Shown one piece after another: positions 12,134 through 22,092 of a stretch of 64,000 bases of DNA; the first letter of the stretch is position 1; each line of letters starts with the position of its first letter. Position numbers and translations under genes: made by a program. This DNA is from Patescibacteria group bacterium. GTDB taxonomy: Bacteria; Patescibacteriota; Minisyncoccia; Phycocordibacterales; UBA9973. The DNA lies in NCBI GenBank assembly GCA_038063515.1, contig JBBTUY010000002.1, forward strand, positions 65,976 through 129,975. The letters run 5' to 3'. The notes below the pieces were generated by a model that did no database searches, was not told where the DNA came from, and worked only from the letters and a program-made list of their open reading frames with translations.

Positions 12134-12835
12134 CTACCATAACCCTAACCAATACAACAGTGTTTTTTTATATTTTTTAGCCATGTAATAATGCTCTTTT
12201 TTCTTAGCATATTTTGACAAAATATTCGTAACCTGATATTTACTAGTACCAATAATTACATTTATTTCATTTAATATTTGAGGTTCTCCGTATTTGTCGT
12301 ACATTCTTTTATAATAGTCACAGTCTAAGAGCCACGTCATGTTTTCGTCAAATAGAATTAAGTCCTCATTTTTTATGGCTAATACAGAAGGGGAACCAAT
12401 AGTATTTTTACCTCGATAAATTTTATTATTATATTTCGGATAGTGTGGGTCGTACCTTTTATTACCATCATCATGCTCACAGCCGGTGACCAGCCAGTAG
12501 CCATTGAAAGTTTCCGCTATTTGCTTCAATGAATTTTCATTAGCTAAATAGTCATCCATGTATAATATTTTTATAATTTCACCTTTAGTATTTTTTATGG
12601 CGCTGTTTGTATTTTGCGCCATACCTTTTATAGGATTTTTAAAGTAATTTATAGAAAGAGAATAGTATTCTGTATCTTCACAAAGATTTTTTATTTCATC
12701 ATCGTCTGAATTGTCAGAAACAACTACTTCAAAATCTTTAAAATTTTGAATCTTTAAAATATCCAGACTTCTTTTCAAGACGTCTTTTCCTTTACCTCCC
12801 ATTTCGTATGTTGGGATACAGACACTTAATTTCAT
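12134..12835 (-). CDS. GT2 family glycosyltransferase
   Basis: SVCIPTYE, VSDNS, MDD, GSPS. Confidence 0.85.
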   Translation of the reverse strand: MKLSVCIPTYEMGGKGKDVLKRSLDILKIQNFKDFEVVVSDNSDDDEIKNLCEDTEYYSLSINYFKNPIKGMAQNTNSAIKNTKGEIIKILYMDDYLANENSLKQIAETFNGYWLVTGCEHDDGNKRYDPHYPKYNNKIYRGKNTIGSPSVLAIKNEDLILFDENMTWLLDCDYYKRMYDKYGEPQILNEINVIIGTSKYQVTNILSKYAKKKEHYYMAKKYKKTLLYWLGLW

Positions 12836-12921
12836 ATTAATACTATAGCAGATTTATATGCAGAAGGTGGCCTAAGTTTTTCCACATCAATATTTAGTTT
12901 TGTGTGTTATAATGGACTGAT

Positions 12922-13896
12922 ATGAATAAAAGAGTGTTAATAACAGGGGCAGCAGGGTTTGTAGGATCTCATGTTGTGCAATATTTCCTCGAGAATACAT
13001 CTTTTGATGTTGTTTGTTTAGTGCGATTAAACAAGAAGGGGGACTTAAAGAATTTAAAGGATCATGTAGACAATCCTCGATGTTTTTTTGTATACCACGA
13101 TTTGAAGTTTGATTTAAATGAATCGGTCAGGGACTACATAGGACATGTTGATTACATTTTGCATCTAGCAGCCAATAGTCACGTGGATCGAAGTATTCTT
13201 CACCCAAAAGAGTTTTTTGAAGATAACTTGACTGGTACAGTAAACATACTAGAGTTTCTTCGCCTTCACATGCCGGAAGCAAGATTTATAAATTTTTCAA
13301 CTGATGAAGTTTATGGTGCTGCACCTGAAGGATATAAATACAAAGAGGAAGATAGATTTAGACCTAGTAATCCATATTCAGCAAGTAAAGCGTGCCAAAG
13401 TATGGCAAGCTTTTCTTATTTTAATACCTACAGCTTAGATATAATTAACACTTATACTATGAACATCTTTGGGCCGAACCAGAACTCTGAAAAGCTGATA
13501 CCAAAAGCTATTAAGTATGCCATAGAGAGGAAACCTATGCCTGTTTTTGCAGAATTAAGTGGAAACACATTACTAAGTGTGGGTAGTAGACACTGGCTTG
13601 ATGTAAGAAATGTCGGGGAGTCCCTTTTGTTTTTACTGGAAAATGGTGTTAAGGGGGAGTCCTACAATATAGTTGGCACAGATGAATTTACTAATGAAGA
13701 AATAGTTCTCAAAATAAATCTTCTATTAAACACAGAGCCAATGATAGAGTATGTAGATCTTCATAAAACAAGGCCTGGGCATGATCGCCGTTATGCTATT
13801 GATGGGGCGAAGCTTTCTAAGCTAGGTTGGGAACCAAAGATAACTTTTGAAGAGGGGATAAAAAATATAATAGATATTTTACGTGCAAAAAAGTAG
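12922..13896 (+). CDS. rmlB: dTDP-glucose 4,6-dehydratase (RmlB-like)
   Basis: GAAGFVG, AANSHVDRS, STDEVYG, PYSASK, RPGHDRRY. Confidence 0.85.
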   Translation: MNKRVLITGAAGFVGSHVVQYFLENTSFDVVCLVRLNKKGDLKNLKDHVDNPRCFFVYHDLKFDLNESVRDYIGHVDYILHLAANSHVDRSILHPKEFFEDNLTGTVNILEFLRLHMPEARFINFSTDEVYGAAPEGYKYKEEDRFRPSNPYSASKACQSMASFSYFNTYSLDIINTYTMNIFGPNQNSEKLIPKAIKYAIERKPMPVFAELSGNTLLSVGSRHWLDVRNVGESLLFLLENGVKGESYNIVGTDEFTNEEIVLKINLLLNTEPMIEYVDLHKTRPGHDRRYAIDGAKLSKLGWEPKITFEEGIKNIIDILRAKK

Positions 13897-13920
13897 AGTC
13901 TTATTCTTGTTTTAGTTTTT

Positions 13921-14850
13921 TTATATTACTTTTATTCTAATTTTATGGGATTTATCTTTCGATACGTCTTTTGCTACTCTTGTCAGATATTTGCCATAAG
14001 ATGAGTTGCCATAAAATTTTGCCCTTTTTAATAATTGAGCGTGGGTGATCCATTTATTCATGTAGGCTATCTCTTCTAAGGCTGCTATTTTTGTATTTTG
14101 CTGTTCTTCTACTGTTTTTACAAAGCTATTTGCATTCATGAGTGAATCAACTGTACCTGTATCAAACCAAGCAAATCCACGTCCAAACAATTTTACATTG
14201 AGATCACCTTTTTTAAGGTACATATCGTTTATGTCTGTAATTTCTAGTTCACCCCTCTCACTTGGTTTTACCTTTTTTGCAAAATCTACTACTCTGTTGT
14301 CATAAAAATATAAACCAGTGATTGCATAGTTGGATTTTGGTTTTTTCGGTTTTTCTTCAACAGAAGTTGCTTTACCTTTTTTATTAAAACCAACTATACC
14401 AAATCTTTCAGGATCTTTTACATAGTAGCCAAACACCGTAGCTTTATTTTTCTGCTGTACAGCTTGTTCTAATACGAGACTTAAACTATTTCCATAAAAG
14501 ATATTGTCTCCTAAAATGAGAGCTACAGAACTTTGACCTATAAATTCTTCAGCTATGAGAAATGCCTGAGCGAGGCCTTCTGGTTTAGCTTGTTCTGCGT
14601 AGGATAATTTGATTCCAAAATCTTCACCGTTACCTAAAAGTTTCTTAAAATTCGGTAAATCATTAGGAGTAGATATAATTAAAATTTCTTTAATGCCTGC
14701 GAGCATAAGTATGGACAATGGATAAAAAATCATCGGCTTGTCATGCACAGGCAAGAGGTGCTTGCTCGTAGCGAGCGTCAGGGGATACAGCCTTGTGCCG
14801 TTTCCGCCCGCTAGTATTATGCCTTTAGTTTTAGTCTTTATTGAGGTCAT
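13921..14850 (-). CDS. rmlA: Glucose-1-phosphate thymidylyltransferase
   Basis: [39 protein letters not shown]. Confidence 0.95.
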   Translation of the reverse strand: MTSIKTKTKGIILAGGNGTRLYPLTLATSKHLLPVHDKPMIFYPLSILMLAGIKEILIISTPNDLPNFKKLLGNGEDFGIKLSYAEQAKPEGLAQAFLIAEEFIGQSSVALILGDNIFYGNSLSLVLEQAVQQKNKATVFGYYVKDPERFGIVGFNKKGKATSVEEKPKKPKSNYAITGLYFYDNRVVDFAKKVKPSERGELEITDINDMYLKKGDLNVKLFGRGFAWFDTGTVDSLMNANSFVKTVEEQQNTKIAALEEIAYMNKWITHAQLLKRAKFYGNSSYGKYLTRVAKDVSKDKSHKIRIKVI

Positions 14851-14993
14851 TGCGTTTATTTATTATAACATAGATTTATATAAAATGGAATTTTTTTTAT
14901 TAAAATTAAAGGTTAAGTATTAATATGTTTAATGGAGAGGTGATATTTTCACCCTTCCATTGTATATTATTAAATAAAGGTAGTTAAATAGTT

Positions 14994-15016
14994 TTGTAGA
15001 CGTTGGACGTCTACAA
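14994..15016. repeat. REP-like palindrome (10-bp stem, TGG loop)
   Basis: ttgtagacgt-tgg-acgtctacaa; same architecture as 32441-32463. Confidence 0.55.
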
Positions 15017-15062
15017 CTTAAACTTGCCTTTGATCACAAAAGAAATTTTGGATTTTCCATAT

Positions 15063-16331
15063 TTATTTAAACTGATATCCTATCACTGTGTCACAGACAC
15101 TAACATCTGGGTACTTTTTAAAATCATATTTTTCTAGATTTGTTTCAACTTCAAATTGTCCTAATCCTCTCACATAGTTCACACTTGTTCCTCCTATTAA
15201 GAAATCTACATCTAATACATAGCTTCCTTCTCCTAAGTTCATGCTTTCAGTTTCACATAGTATTTTTCCTTTTGTCGGCATGTTTTCGGATATCGTCTGA
15301 TTTGGTATGTCGCTATCTAGCCTTAAGACTATTTGTTGTGATCTTTTATTTAATATAGAAATAACAACTCTAACTTCTTTTATTTCTTCTACGAGGTCAC
15401 TTTCATAATCAAGCTCTATTTTTAATTTATCACCACTTTCAAAATTTGAATTACCTTCGTCGTTTGAGATTTTTATATGAGTAAATCTTACCCCACTCTT
15501 TCCTAGGACAGCGTCGAGGGGTATTTCTTGTGCGTTTTCTTTTGTATTTGTTTTGTCATTTAGATAAAAATCTACAACCTCGTCAGTATTTCCCACCATC
15601 TTTACATTACCTTTAGAAAGTAGAATTGACCTTGTGCACAGCTGTTTAATTGTGGACATATTGTGACTAACAAAGAGTATGGTCCTGCCTTCTTTTTTTG
15701 TTATGTCTTCCATTTTCCCTAAACATTTTTTCTGGAATTCGCTGTCGCCGACAGCCAAGACTTCATCTATGATTAAGATGTCTGGTTCCATGTGTGCTGC
15801 GACAGAGAAGGCAAGTCGTACATACATACCACTAGAATAATATTTCACAGGTGTGTCGAGAAACTTTTCAATATTTGCAAATTCTACAATTTCATCAAAC
15901 TTATTTATTATTTCTTTTTTCTTCATTCCAAGAATGGCACCATTTAAAAATATATTTTCTCGTCCAGTGAGCTCCGGGTGAAATCCAGTACCTACTTCGA
16001 GAAGACTTCCTACCTTACCATTTATTTTTATTTCTCCTGTTGTCGGGGGAGTTATTTGTGACAGTATCTTTAGCAGTGTAGACTTACCTGCTCCATTGCG
16101 TCCTATGATGCCGACGACTTCTCCTCTCCGTACCTCAAAGTCGACATTTTTTAATGCCCAGAATTCTTCTTTTTTATCGATACCAATAATCTCCCTCGTT
16201 TTATTTTTTAGAAAATTAAATGGGTTTTTAAAAACATTCGCTAATACATCACGGAGTGCAACATACCCACCCCTTTGATGGTTGATGTTATATTTTTTTC
16301 CTATATTTTTTACTTCTATTATTGTTTCCAT
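15063..16331 (-). CDS. wzt: Polysaccharide ABC exporter ATPase with C-terminal Wzt_C domain
   Basis: GRNGAGKST, YSSGMYVRLAF, IDEVLAVGD; C-terminal extension. Confidence 0.93.
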   Translation of the reverse strand: METIIEVKNIGKKYNINHQRGGYVALRDVLANVFKNPFNFLKNKTREIIGIDKKEEFWALKNVDFEVRRGEVVGIIGRNGAGKSTLLKILSQITPPTTGEIKINGKVGSLLEVGTGFHPELTGRENIFLNGAILGMKKKEIINKFDEIVEFANIEKFLDTPVKYYSSGMYVRLAFSVAAHMEPDILIIDEVLAVGDSEFQKKCLGKMEDITKKEGRTILFVSHNMSTIKQLCTRSILLSKGNVKMVGNTDEVVDFYLNDKTNTKENAQEIPLDAVLGKSGVRFTHIKISNDEGNSNFESGDKLKIELDYESDLVEEIKEVRVVISILNKRSQQIVLRLDSDIPNQTISENMPTKGKILCETESMNLGEGSYVLDVDFLIGGTSVNYVRGLGQFEVETNLEKYDFKKYPDVSVCDTVIGYQFK

Positions 16332-16335
16332 TTTT

Positions 16336-17160
16336 TTAAATTATGTCTGCGAAGTACCTTTCAGTTTTCTTAAATGTATAAATACCAATTGCGAGCAAGG
16401 TCGCAGTAGCAAAAAGGGAAATGCTGACAAGGGTCCAGTTTAAAACCGTAGTGCCGAGGAGCGCTGCTCGGGCACTCTGGATGACTCCCATCATAGGGTT
16501 CAATGCTAATATCCAAGAATATTTACCTAATATCCCAGCTGGGTAAATGACTGGTGTAATAAATAACAAAATTTGTATGAAGAATGGCAAGATGTATCGT
16601 ACATCTCTGTACTTTACATTAATAGATGCTAAGAAAAGTCCAAGACCTACTGATGCCATGAATGTTATTATTAATAAAAGTGGTAGAACTAATACACCAA
16701 TTAGATTTGGCGTATATCCATAGTAAATCATCATACCCACAAGTATGACTCCCGCTACTGCAAAGTCTATAAATTTAGTCGCTACTGTTGAAAGAGGTAA
16801 GAGGAGTCGTGGGAAATATACTTTGGTTATTATGGCTTGGTTGGTTATGAGAACATTACTTGTATCCGAAAGTGCTGTAGAGAAAAACTGCCAGAAAAGT
16901 AATCCAGTGTAAACAAATATCGGATAAGGTACGCCGTTAGAAGGTACTTTAAGTAGGGCGCCAAAGAATAAAGAAAATACCACCATTGTTATGAATGGTT
17001 GAAATATCGCCCAAGATACTCCTACAAAAGTTTGCTTGTAACGTACTTTCAAATCTCTCCATGTAAAGAAATATAAAAGTTCTCTATAATCCCAAACCTC
17101 CTTGAGGTCTGTAAAACTAAAAAGTTTTTTTGGTTTTATTGTTGTTGTGGGCGTGTTCAT
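16336..17160 (-). CDS. wzm: Polysaccharide ABC exporter permease
   Basis: RDLKVRYKQT, KVYFPR, YRD, NPM; 6 TM segments. Confidence 0.93.
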   Translation of the reverse strand: MNTPTTTIKPKKLFSFTDLKEVWDYRELLYFFTWRDLKVRYKQTFVGVSWAIFQPFITMVVFSLFFGALLKVPSNGVPYPIFVYTGLLFWQFFSTALSDTSNVLITNQAIITKVYFPRLLLPLSTVATKFIDFAVAGVILVGMMIYYGYTPNLIGVLVLPLLLIITFMASVGLGLFLASINVKYRDVRYILPFFIQILLFITPVIYPAGILGKYSWILALNPMMGVIQSARAALLGTTVLNWTLVSISLFATATLLAIGIYTFKKTERYFADII

Positions 17161-17163
17161 ATA

Positions 17164-18480
17164 TTAGTATGTGAAAAATTTTGCGACAGTTTTTAAAATA
17201 ATTAAAAAATCAAAAAATATATTTCTATTTTTAATATAATAAAAATCATATTTCAATTTTTCTTTAGTGTCATCTACTGATGATCCATATTTATAATTTA
17301 CTTGCGCCCACCCTGTGAGTCCGGCTTGTATGGAATGTCTTAGATCATAATAGAGTATATCTTTTTTTAATAACTCGATGAATTCTGGTCTTTCGGGTCT
17401 AGGTCCAACAAAAGAAATTTCTCCTCTTAGGATATTTACAATTTGAGGTATTTCATCTAAGTGTGTTTGTCTTATTATCCTGCCTACTGGTGTTATTCTC
17501 GGATCTTCTTTGTTGTTTGGTGTCCAAACAGGTCCATTTTTCTCTGATTGACCGTCTTGTCCTATTGCGATCATGCTTCTGAATTTGTATAAGATGAACG
17601 CCTCACCATTTTTAGTTGTGCGTTTTTGTTTTATTAATACGGGACCTTTCGAAGTTAATTTTATTAAAATTGTAATAATAATAAAAAGAGGGGAGAAGAC
17701 TATTAGTAAAATAATAGATAAAACAATATCCACTGATCTTTTTATAAAATTAAATATTGTTTTGTTTTTACTTATATACTCTATGATTTCACTTTTTTCT
17801 ATTTTTTGAGTCGGGACTTTCTGGAAAACTTCCTCATAGAAATTGTTTATACTGTATATAGAAATATCTTTTTTTATAACTTTGTATACTTTCTCTAATT
17901 CAGTTAATTGGTTTATGTCTATTGCCACTACGTCTGGATTCATTTTTATAATTTCATCCAGATTAAAAATATTAGTTCGGTGGATTATTTCGTAATTAAT
18001 ATTTTGGTTTTGTAGCAGTTCATCAACTAATTCATTTTCGCCACTTATGACCACCACTTTCCTGTTGATTTTATTTTTTGTGAACAATCTTTTGATCATT
18101 ATCCTTAAATAAAAATCAATTATTCCAAATATTATTGTGAATAGTAGTAAATTTGTTTTAGGGGTTAATTGAAATACATTTCCAAATATATAAAACACTA
18201 AAACAGAAACAACAAAAGAAATTAGAAGGCTTTTTATAAAAGAATTGGTGAATTCAGTTGTGTTCTTGTTAAACCTAAAAGAATATAAGTTAAATATATA
18301 AAAAGTCAGGATAAATAGTATTATGACAAACGAGAAGGGTATTAAATGAACACTTAGTCTATCAGTAAAGTTGTCTGTACCATATCTAACTAGTATCATT
18401 AAACAAAGTGCAAATAAAGCCGCTCCAAGATCAGCAAGAAATAGAAAGAACATTTTGAATTGTATTAATAAATCCCTCAT
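17164..18480 (-). CDS. Polyprenyl-phosphate phosphoglycosyl transferase (WcaJ/WbaP-like priming enzyme)
   Basis: N-terminal TMs, KR..D, YKFRSM, DPRIT, LDEIPQ, VGPRPERP, GLTGWAQV. Confidence 0.92.
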   Translation of the reverse strand: MRDLLIQFKMFFLFLADLGAALFALCLMILVRYGTDNFTDRLSVHLIPFSFVIILFILTFYIFNLYSFRFNKNTTEFTNSFIKSLLISFVVSVLVFYIFGNVFQLTPKTNLLLFTIIFGIIDFYLRIMIKRLFTKNKINRKVVVISGENELVDELLQNQNINYEIIHRTNIFNLDEIIKMNPDVVAIDINQLTELEKVYKVIKKDISIYSINNFYEEVFQKVPTQKIEKSEIIEYISKNKTIFNFIKRSVDIVLSIILLIVFSPLFIIITILIKLTSKGPVLIKQKRTTKNGEAFILYKFRSMIAIGQDGQSEKNGPVWTPNNKEDPRITPVGRIIRQTHLDEIPQIVNILRGEISFVGPRPERPEFIELLKKDILYYDLRHSIQAGLTGWAQVNYKYGSSVDDTKEKLKYDFYYIKNRNIFFDFLIILKTVAKFFTY

Positions 18481-18612
18481 CTGCAGGTGTGTATTAGGTA
18501 ATACATGATGTTTGTATTATGTAGATAATGTAGCATAAAAAAGATATTTTTACAGTATATTTTATAATATATTTATCTTTACTATAAAAATACTTATTGT
18601 TACAATGTAATC

Positions 18613-18798
18613 GTGTTTGATTTTATTTTTAAAGTAATAGTCATGGTTCTCTGGCTACCTGTCTGGATATTAGTAGAAGGTCACGAGAGATTTGTGCGTT
18701 TATTAAAAAAACATGATATTCATTGGGACTTTTGGTATTCGTTACTAGCTATTCTTTGTGGTGTGCTTATTGTCATGCTTTTTGGTTCATATAATTAG
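18613..18798 (+). CDS. Small membrane protein
   Basis: Two hydrophobic segments; GTG start 6 nt after TACAAT. Confidence 0.55.
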   Translation: MFDFIFKVIVMVLWLPVWILVEGHERFVRLLKKHDIHWDFWYSLLAILCGVLIVMLFGSYN

Positions 18799-18803
18799 AT
18801 AAT

Positions 18804-18944
18804 ATGCTAACAAAACATTTCTTAAAAACTTTAATAGTATTTACTCTACTCATAGCTTTGGGACTTGGGGGGATATTCCTAGTTAGTTATTTTGATGAAA
18901 ATAGTACTGATGATACTCCTCAAAATACTAAAGTTGCCAAATAG
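18804..18944 (+). CDS. 46-aa single-TM protein (not in ORF track)
   Basis: MLTKHFLKTLIVFTLLIALGLGGIFLVSYFDENST...; starts 5 nt after the previous stop. Confidence 0.5.
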   Translation: MLTKHFLKTLIVFTLLIALGLGGIFLVSYFDENSTDDTPQNTKVAK

Positions 18945-19055
18945 TACATTTATGCTATAATATAAATGCCGCAGAGAAGATAGGTTTACCCGAAGAGTAA
19001 TCAAAGGGCATGTAAATCCTATTTAGTGGGTCGACGGCGGTTTGCCGTTTTTTTA
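18934..19055 (+). promoter_or_regulatory. sigma70 promoter and probable L10 leader of rplJL
   Basis: TTGCCA-16-TATAAT, then ataggtttac/gtaaatcctat stem and a GC hairpin with T-tract before rplJ. Confidence 0.55.
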
Positions 19056-19069
19056 ATTTAAAATAAAAA

Positions 19070-19558
19070 ATGTTACAAAAATCAAAAAAAGAAGAAATAA
19101 TAAAAGACCTTGAAAAAGCCATAGAAGGCTCCGAATCTCTAGTTTTTGTAAATTTTCATGGTTTAAAGGTTTCTGATGAGACAGCTCTACGAAGCGCTCT
19201 TAGAAATGAATCTGTAAATTACAAAGTTTCTAGAAAGACACTACTTCTTCGCGCCCTTAAAGGTAAAGCAGAAGGTGAAGTTCCAGAATTAGGAGGGGAG
19301 GTAGCTATTGCTTATTCTAAAGATCCTACAGCAAGTCCTCGCGAAGTTTACAATTTTCAAAAGACTCACAAAGGTTTGTTAAACATCCTAGGTGGAATCT
19401 TTAATGGAAAGTTTGTAGATGGCGTATACATGACTGAAATTGCAACAATACCAAGCAAGGAAGTATTACTTTCAAAATTGGCATTTTTATTCAAGAGTCC
19501 AATACAGCGTTTTGCTATAGCTCTTAATGAAGTAGCAAAAACTAAAACTTCTGCATAG
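19070..19558 (+). CDS. rplJ: 50S ribosomal protein L10
   Basis: L10 features (KKEEII, FVNFHGL, IPSKEVLL); paired with rplL. Confidence 0.95.
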   Translation: MLQKSKKEEIIKDLEKAIEGSESLVFVNFHGLKVSDETALRSALRNESVNYKVSRKTLLLRALKGKAEGEVPELGGEVAIAYSKDPTASPREVYNFQKTHKGLLNILGGIFNGKFVDGVYMTEIATIPSKEVLLSKLAFLFKSPIQRFAIALNEVAKTKTSA

Positions 19559-19597
19559 TAGAAGTTCGTTCAATTATAAAATTAATAAATATACATT

Positions 19598-19966
19598 ATG
19601 AATAAAGACACACTATTAGAATGGTTAGACAAAGCAACAACTCTTGAATTAAATGAGGTTGTGAAGGCTATAGAAGAGAAATTCGGAGTATCTGCAGCAG
19701 CTGTGGCTGTAGCAGGAGGCGCAGGCGCTGGTGCAGCTCCTGCTGCTGAAGAGCAGAGTACATTTACAGTGGTACTTTCATCTGCAGGTGATCAGAAGAT
19801 CGCTGTGATGAAGGTTGTAAAGGAAGCCCTAGGACTTGGTCTTAAGGATGCTAAGGACTTAGTAGATGCTGCTCCTTCTACTCTTAAAGAAGGCATGAAG
19901 AAAGAAGAAGCTAATGACCTTAAGAAAAAGATTGAAGAGGCAGGTGGTAAAGTCGAGCTTAAATAG
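19598..19966 (+). CDS. rplL: 50S ribosomal protein L7/L12
   Basis: [10 protein letters not shown] hinge, [19 protein letters not shown]. Confidence 0.97.
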   Translation: MNKDTLLEWLDKATTLELNEVVKAIEEKFGVSAAAVAVAGGAGAGAAPAAEEQSTFTVVLSSAGDQKIAVMKVVKEALGLGLKDAKDLVDAAPSTLKEGMKKEEANDLKKKIEEAGGKVELK

Positions 19967-20022
19967 CGAGATACTGAGCTTGTCGAATATAGTAAGCTAA
20001 AGTAATTTAGCTTACTATATGT

Positions 20023-20060
20023 AAAAAGGCTGTACCTAAAAAGTACAGCCTTTTTGTTTT
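20023..20060 (+). terminator. Rho-independent terminator after rplL
   Basis: aaaaaggctgtac/gtacagccttttt inverted repeat. Confidence 0.75.
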
Positions 20061-20114
20061 CCCTGCTTGCGCAGGCAGGTTGATTTTTTTTAAAAAGGCT
20101 TTACAATTACATGC

Positions 20115-20708
20115 ATGGAAATTCTAGGTAAAATATTAGGCACAGAAGCTCGAGTGAAGATCATGAGGTTATTCCTCCTTAACAAGGGTAGAGGTTTTAC
20201 TACTAAGGATGTTGTAAATAGAAGTAGGGTATCGTCTCTTATGGCAAACAGGGAGATGAGGCTTCTTGCTTCTATTGGGTTTATTAAAAAGCGTACTTCA
20301 GACTGGGCTTTTAACTATGCTTTTAAATACACAAATGAATTTGAAGATTTGCTCGTTCGGTCTGATACGTTAAATAAACAAATGATTTTAGATCATTTTA
20401 AAAAAGTCGGGTCTATTAAGCTCCTCATTACTTCAGGTATTTTTATAAAAAATGAGGATAGTAGGGTAGATCTCCTTATAGTCGGAGATAAGATAAAGTC
20501 TAATAAGATCGAAGACGGTGTCAAAAGACTCGAAGCTCTAATAGGTACAGAGCTTACTTATGCTGTTTTTGATAAGGATGAATTCGTCTATAGGTTTAAT
20601 ATGTACGACAAGCTTGTGCGGGATATTATTGATTTTCCTCATGAGGTTGTTTTTCAATCTAAAGAGTTATCCACACAGGTATTAAAAAAAGTACAAAAGT
20701 TGGTATAA
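20115..20708 (+). CDS. Hypothetical protein: N-terminal wHTH plus degenerate nucleotidyltransferase-like domain
   Basis: ARVKIMRLF helix motif; SG.F...DSRVDLLIVGD resembles an NTase fold. Confidence 0.6.
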   Translation: MEILGKILGTEARVKIMRLFLLNKGRGFTTKDVVNRSRVSSLMANREMRLLASIGFIKKRTSDWAFNYAFKYTNEFEDLLVRSDTLNKQMILDHFKKVGSIKLLITSGIFIKNEDSRVDLLIVGDKIKSNKIEDGVKRLEALIGTELTYAVFDKDEFVYRFNMYDKLVRDIIDFPHEVVFQSKELSTQVLKKVQKLV

Positions 20709-20807
20709 TGTAATTATTGCTTTATAGGGTCGAAACCTAGACGTTTTATTATTAGTTAGTTGTTTTTCCGTCGTATTGACGGATATGCCGTATAGGCAAA
20801 ATTTATT

Positions 20808-21503
20808 ATGAATAACATATGGTCTTCATGGGGTGAAGTTTTCAATACATCACTTCAAGGTTTATGGTGGGGTCTTGCTTCTTTTGCTCCAAAGTTTGTC
20901 GTAGCAATTTTATTTTTTATAATCGGTTGGTTTTTGGGTAATCTTATCGCTAAAGCTATAGAACAGGTTTTCAATAGTCTAAAGATTGATAATGTTTTTA
21001 AGTCTATTGGCGCGGAAGATTTCTTTAGAAAAGCAGGTGTAAGACTAGACACAGGGTATTTCATAGGACAAGTTGTAAAATGGTTTGTTGTTATCGTATT
21101 TCTTCTTCCATCACTTAATTTGGTTGGACTAGATTACATAGCTTCATTTTTACAATTCAGCGTATTAGGTTTTCTGCCAAGAGTTATAGTCGCAGCATTT
21201 ATACTTATAATAGCTGCATTTGTGTCTCAAGCTATATCTAAGGCTGTTACCGCGTCAGTAAAGACTATGAACTTACACTCAGCAAATATGCTTGGTGCAC
21301 TTTCTAAATACACTGTATGGGTTTTTGCTTTGATTATTGCACTTGGTCAACTCGGAGTCGCTGAATACTACATGAGTGTATTGTTCACAGGTGTAATAGC
21401 TATGCTTTCCATAGCTGGCGCACTTGCATTTGGTCTTGGTGGTAAAGATCACGCTTCTAGATTCTTAAGCAAAATCGAGAACGAAATGTCTCAGAGAGAT
21501 TAG
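20808..21503 (+). CDS. TM-helix-repeat membrane protein (MscS/CmpX-like TM region)
   Basis: Two P..V.A...IIG-type repeats; ALAFGLGG. Confidence 0.75.
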   Translation: MNNIWSSWGEVFNTSLQGLWWGLASFAPKFVVAILFFIIGWFLGNLIAKAIEQVFNSLKIDNVFKSIGAEDFFRKAGVRLDTGYFIGQVVKWFVVIVFLLPSLNLVGLDYIASFLQFSVLGFLPRVIVAAFILIIAAFVSQAISKAVTASVKTMNLHSANMLGALSKYTVWVFALIIALGQLGVAEYYMSVLFTGVIAMLSIAGALAFGLGGKDHASRFLSKIENEMSQRD

Positions 21504-21524
21504 GTTCTATTTAAATTAGCTTGC

Positions 21525-21582
21525 AAAAAAGATGTCTTTTTCTCACTCAAACACGCTGTTTGGTGTGGGCGGGGACATCTTT
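21525..21582. repeat. Hairpin repeat copy 1 (terminator-like, REP-like core)
   Basis: aaaagatgtc...cactcaaaca.gctgtttggtg...gacatctttt; near-identical to 22093-22152. Confidence 0.7.
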
Positions 21583-21617
21583 TGTATTTACGTGGTTTGT
21601 GTTATATAATATGTTGT

Positions 21618-21899
21618 ATGAACAATGAGAATGAAAGAAAAATAACCAATTCAGAACTTTTAGAAGTTATTATAAAAGGTTTTTCTAAGATTGAAGAAAA
21701 AATGGCGACCAAGACTGAGCTAGAAGCTTTTAAATTAGAAGCTAATATCCACTTTAATAATTTAGAGACGGATTTAAAATCTTTTAAAAATGAAACACGA
21801 GATAATTTTAAAGAATTAAATGAAAAATTTGATGATTTGTCAGATACGGTAATGAATCACAACAAAAGAATTGAAGCTCTAGAAGAAAAAGTTTTATAA
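21618..21899 (+). CDS. Small coiled-coil hypothetical protein
   Basis: ATG 7 nt after TATAAT; heptad-rich MATKTEL...RIEALE. Confidence 0.65.
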   Translation: MNNENERKITNSELLEVIIKGFSKIEEKMATKTELEAFKLEANIHFNNLETDLKSFKNETRDNFKELNEKFDDLSDTVMNHNKRIEALEEKVL

Positions 21900-21917
21900 G
21901 TTAGAAATAAAATAATA

Positions 21918-22076
21918 ATGCTTGAATCATTAAAAAAGGCAGAAGGTATTGAACGAACCTGTGCTCACTATGGGAAATCTTTAAATGATGAGTCTATAAA
22001 ATTTTGTAAAGTTTGTAGACTGGGGATTTGTAGAAGTCATTGTGGTGTACAAAACTGTCCTAATAGACAAGTTTAA
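21918..22076 (+). CDS. 52-aa Cys/His-rich putative zinc-finger protein (not in ORF track)
   Basis: MLESLKKAEGIERTCAHYGKSLNDESIKFCKVCRLGICRSHCGVQNCPNRQV; A-rich 5' context, terminator-like hairpin downstream. Confidence 0.55.
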   Translation: MLESLKKAEGIERTCAHYGKSLNDESIKFCKVCRLGICRSHCGVQNCPNRQV

Positions 22077-22092
22077 GGTTAATATAAATACT

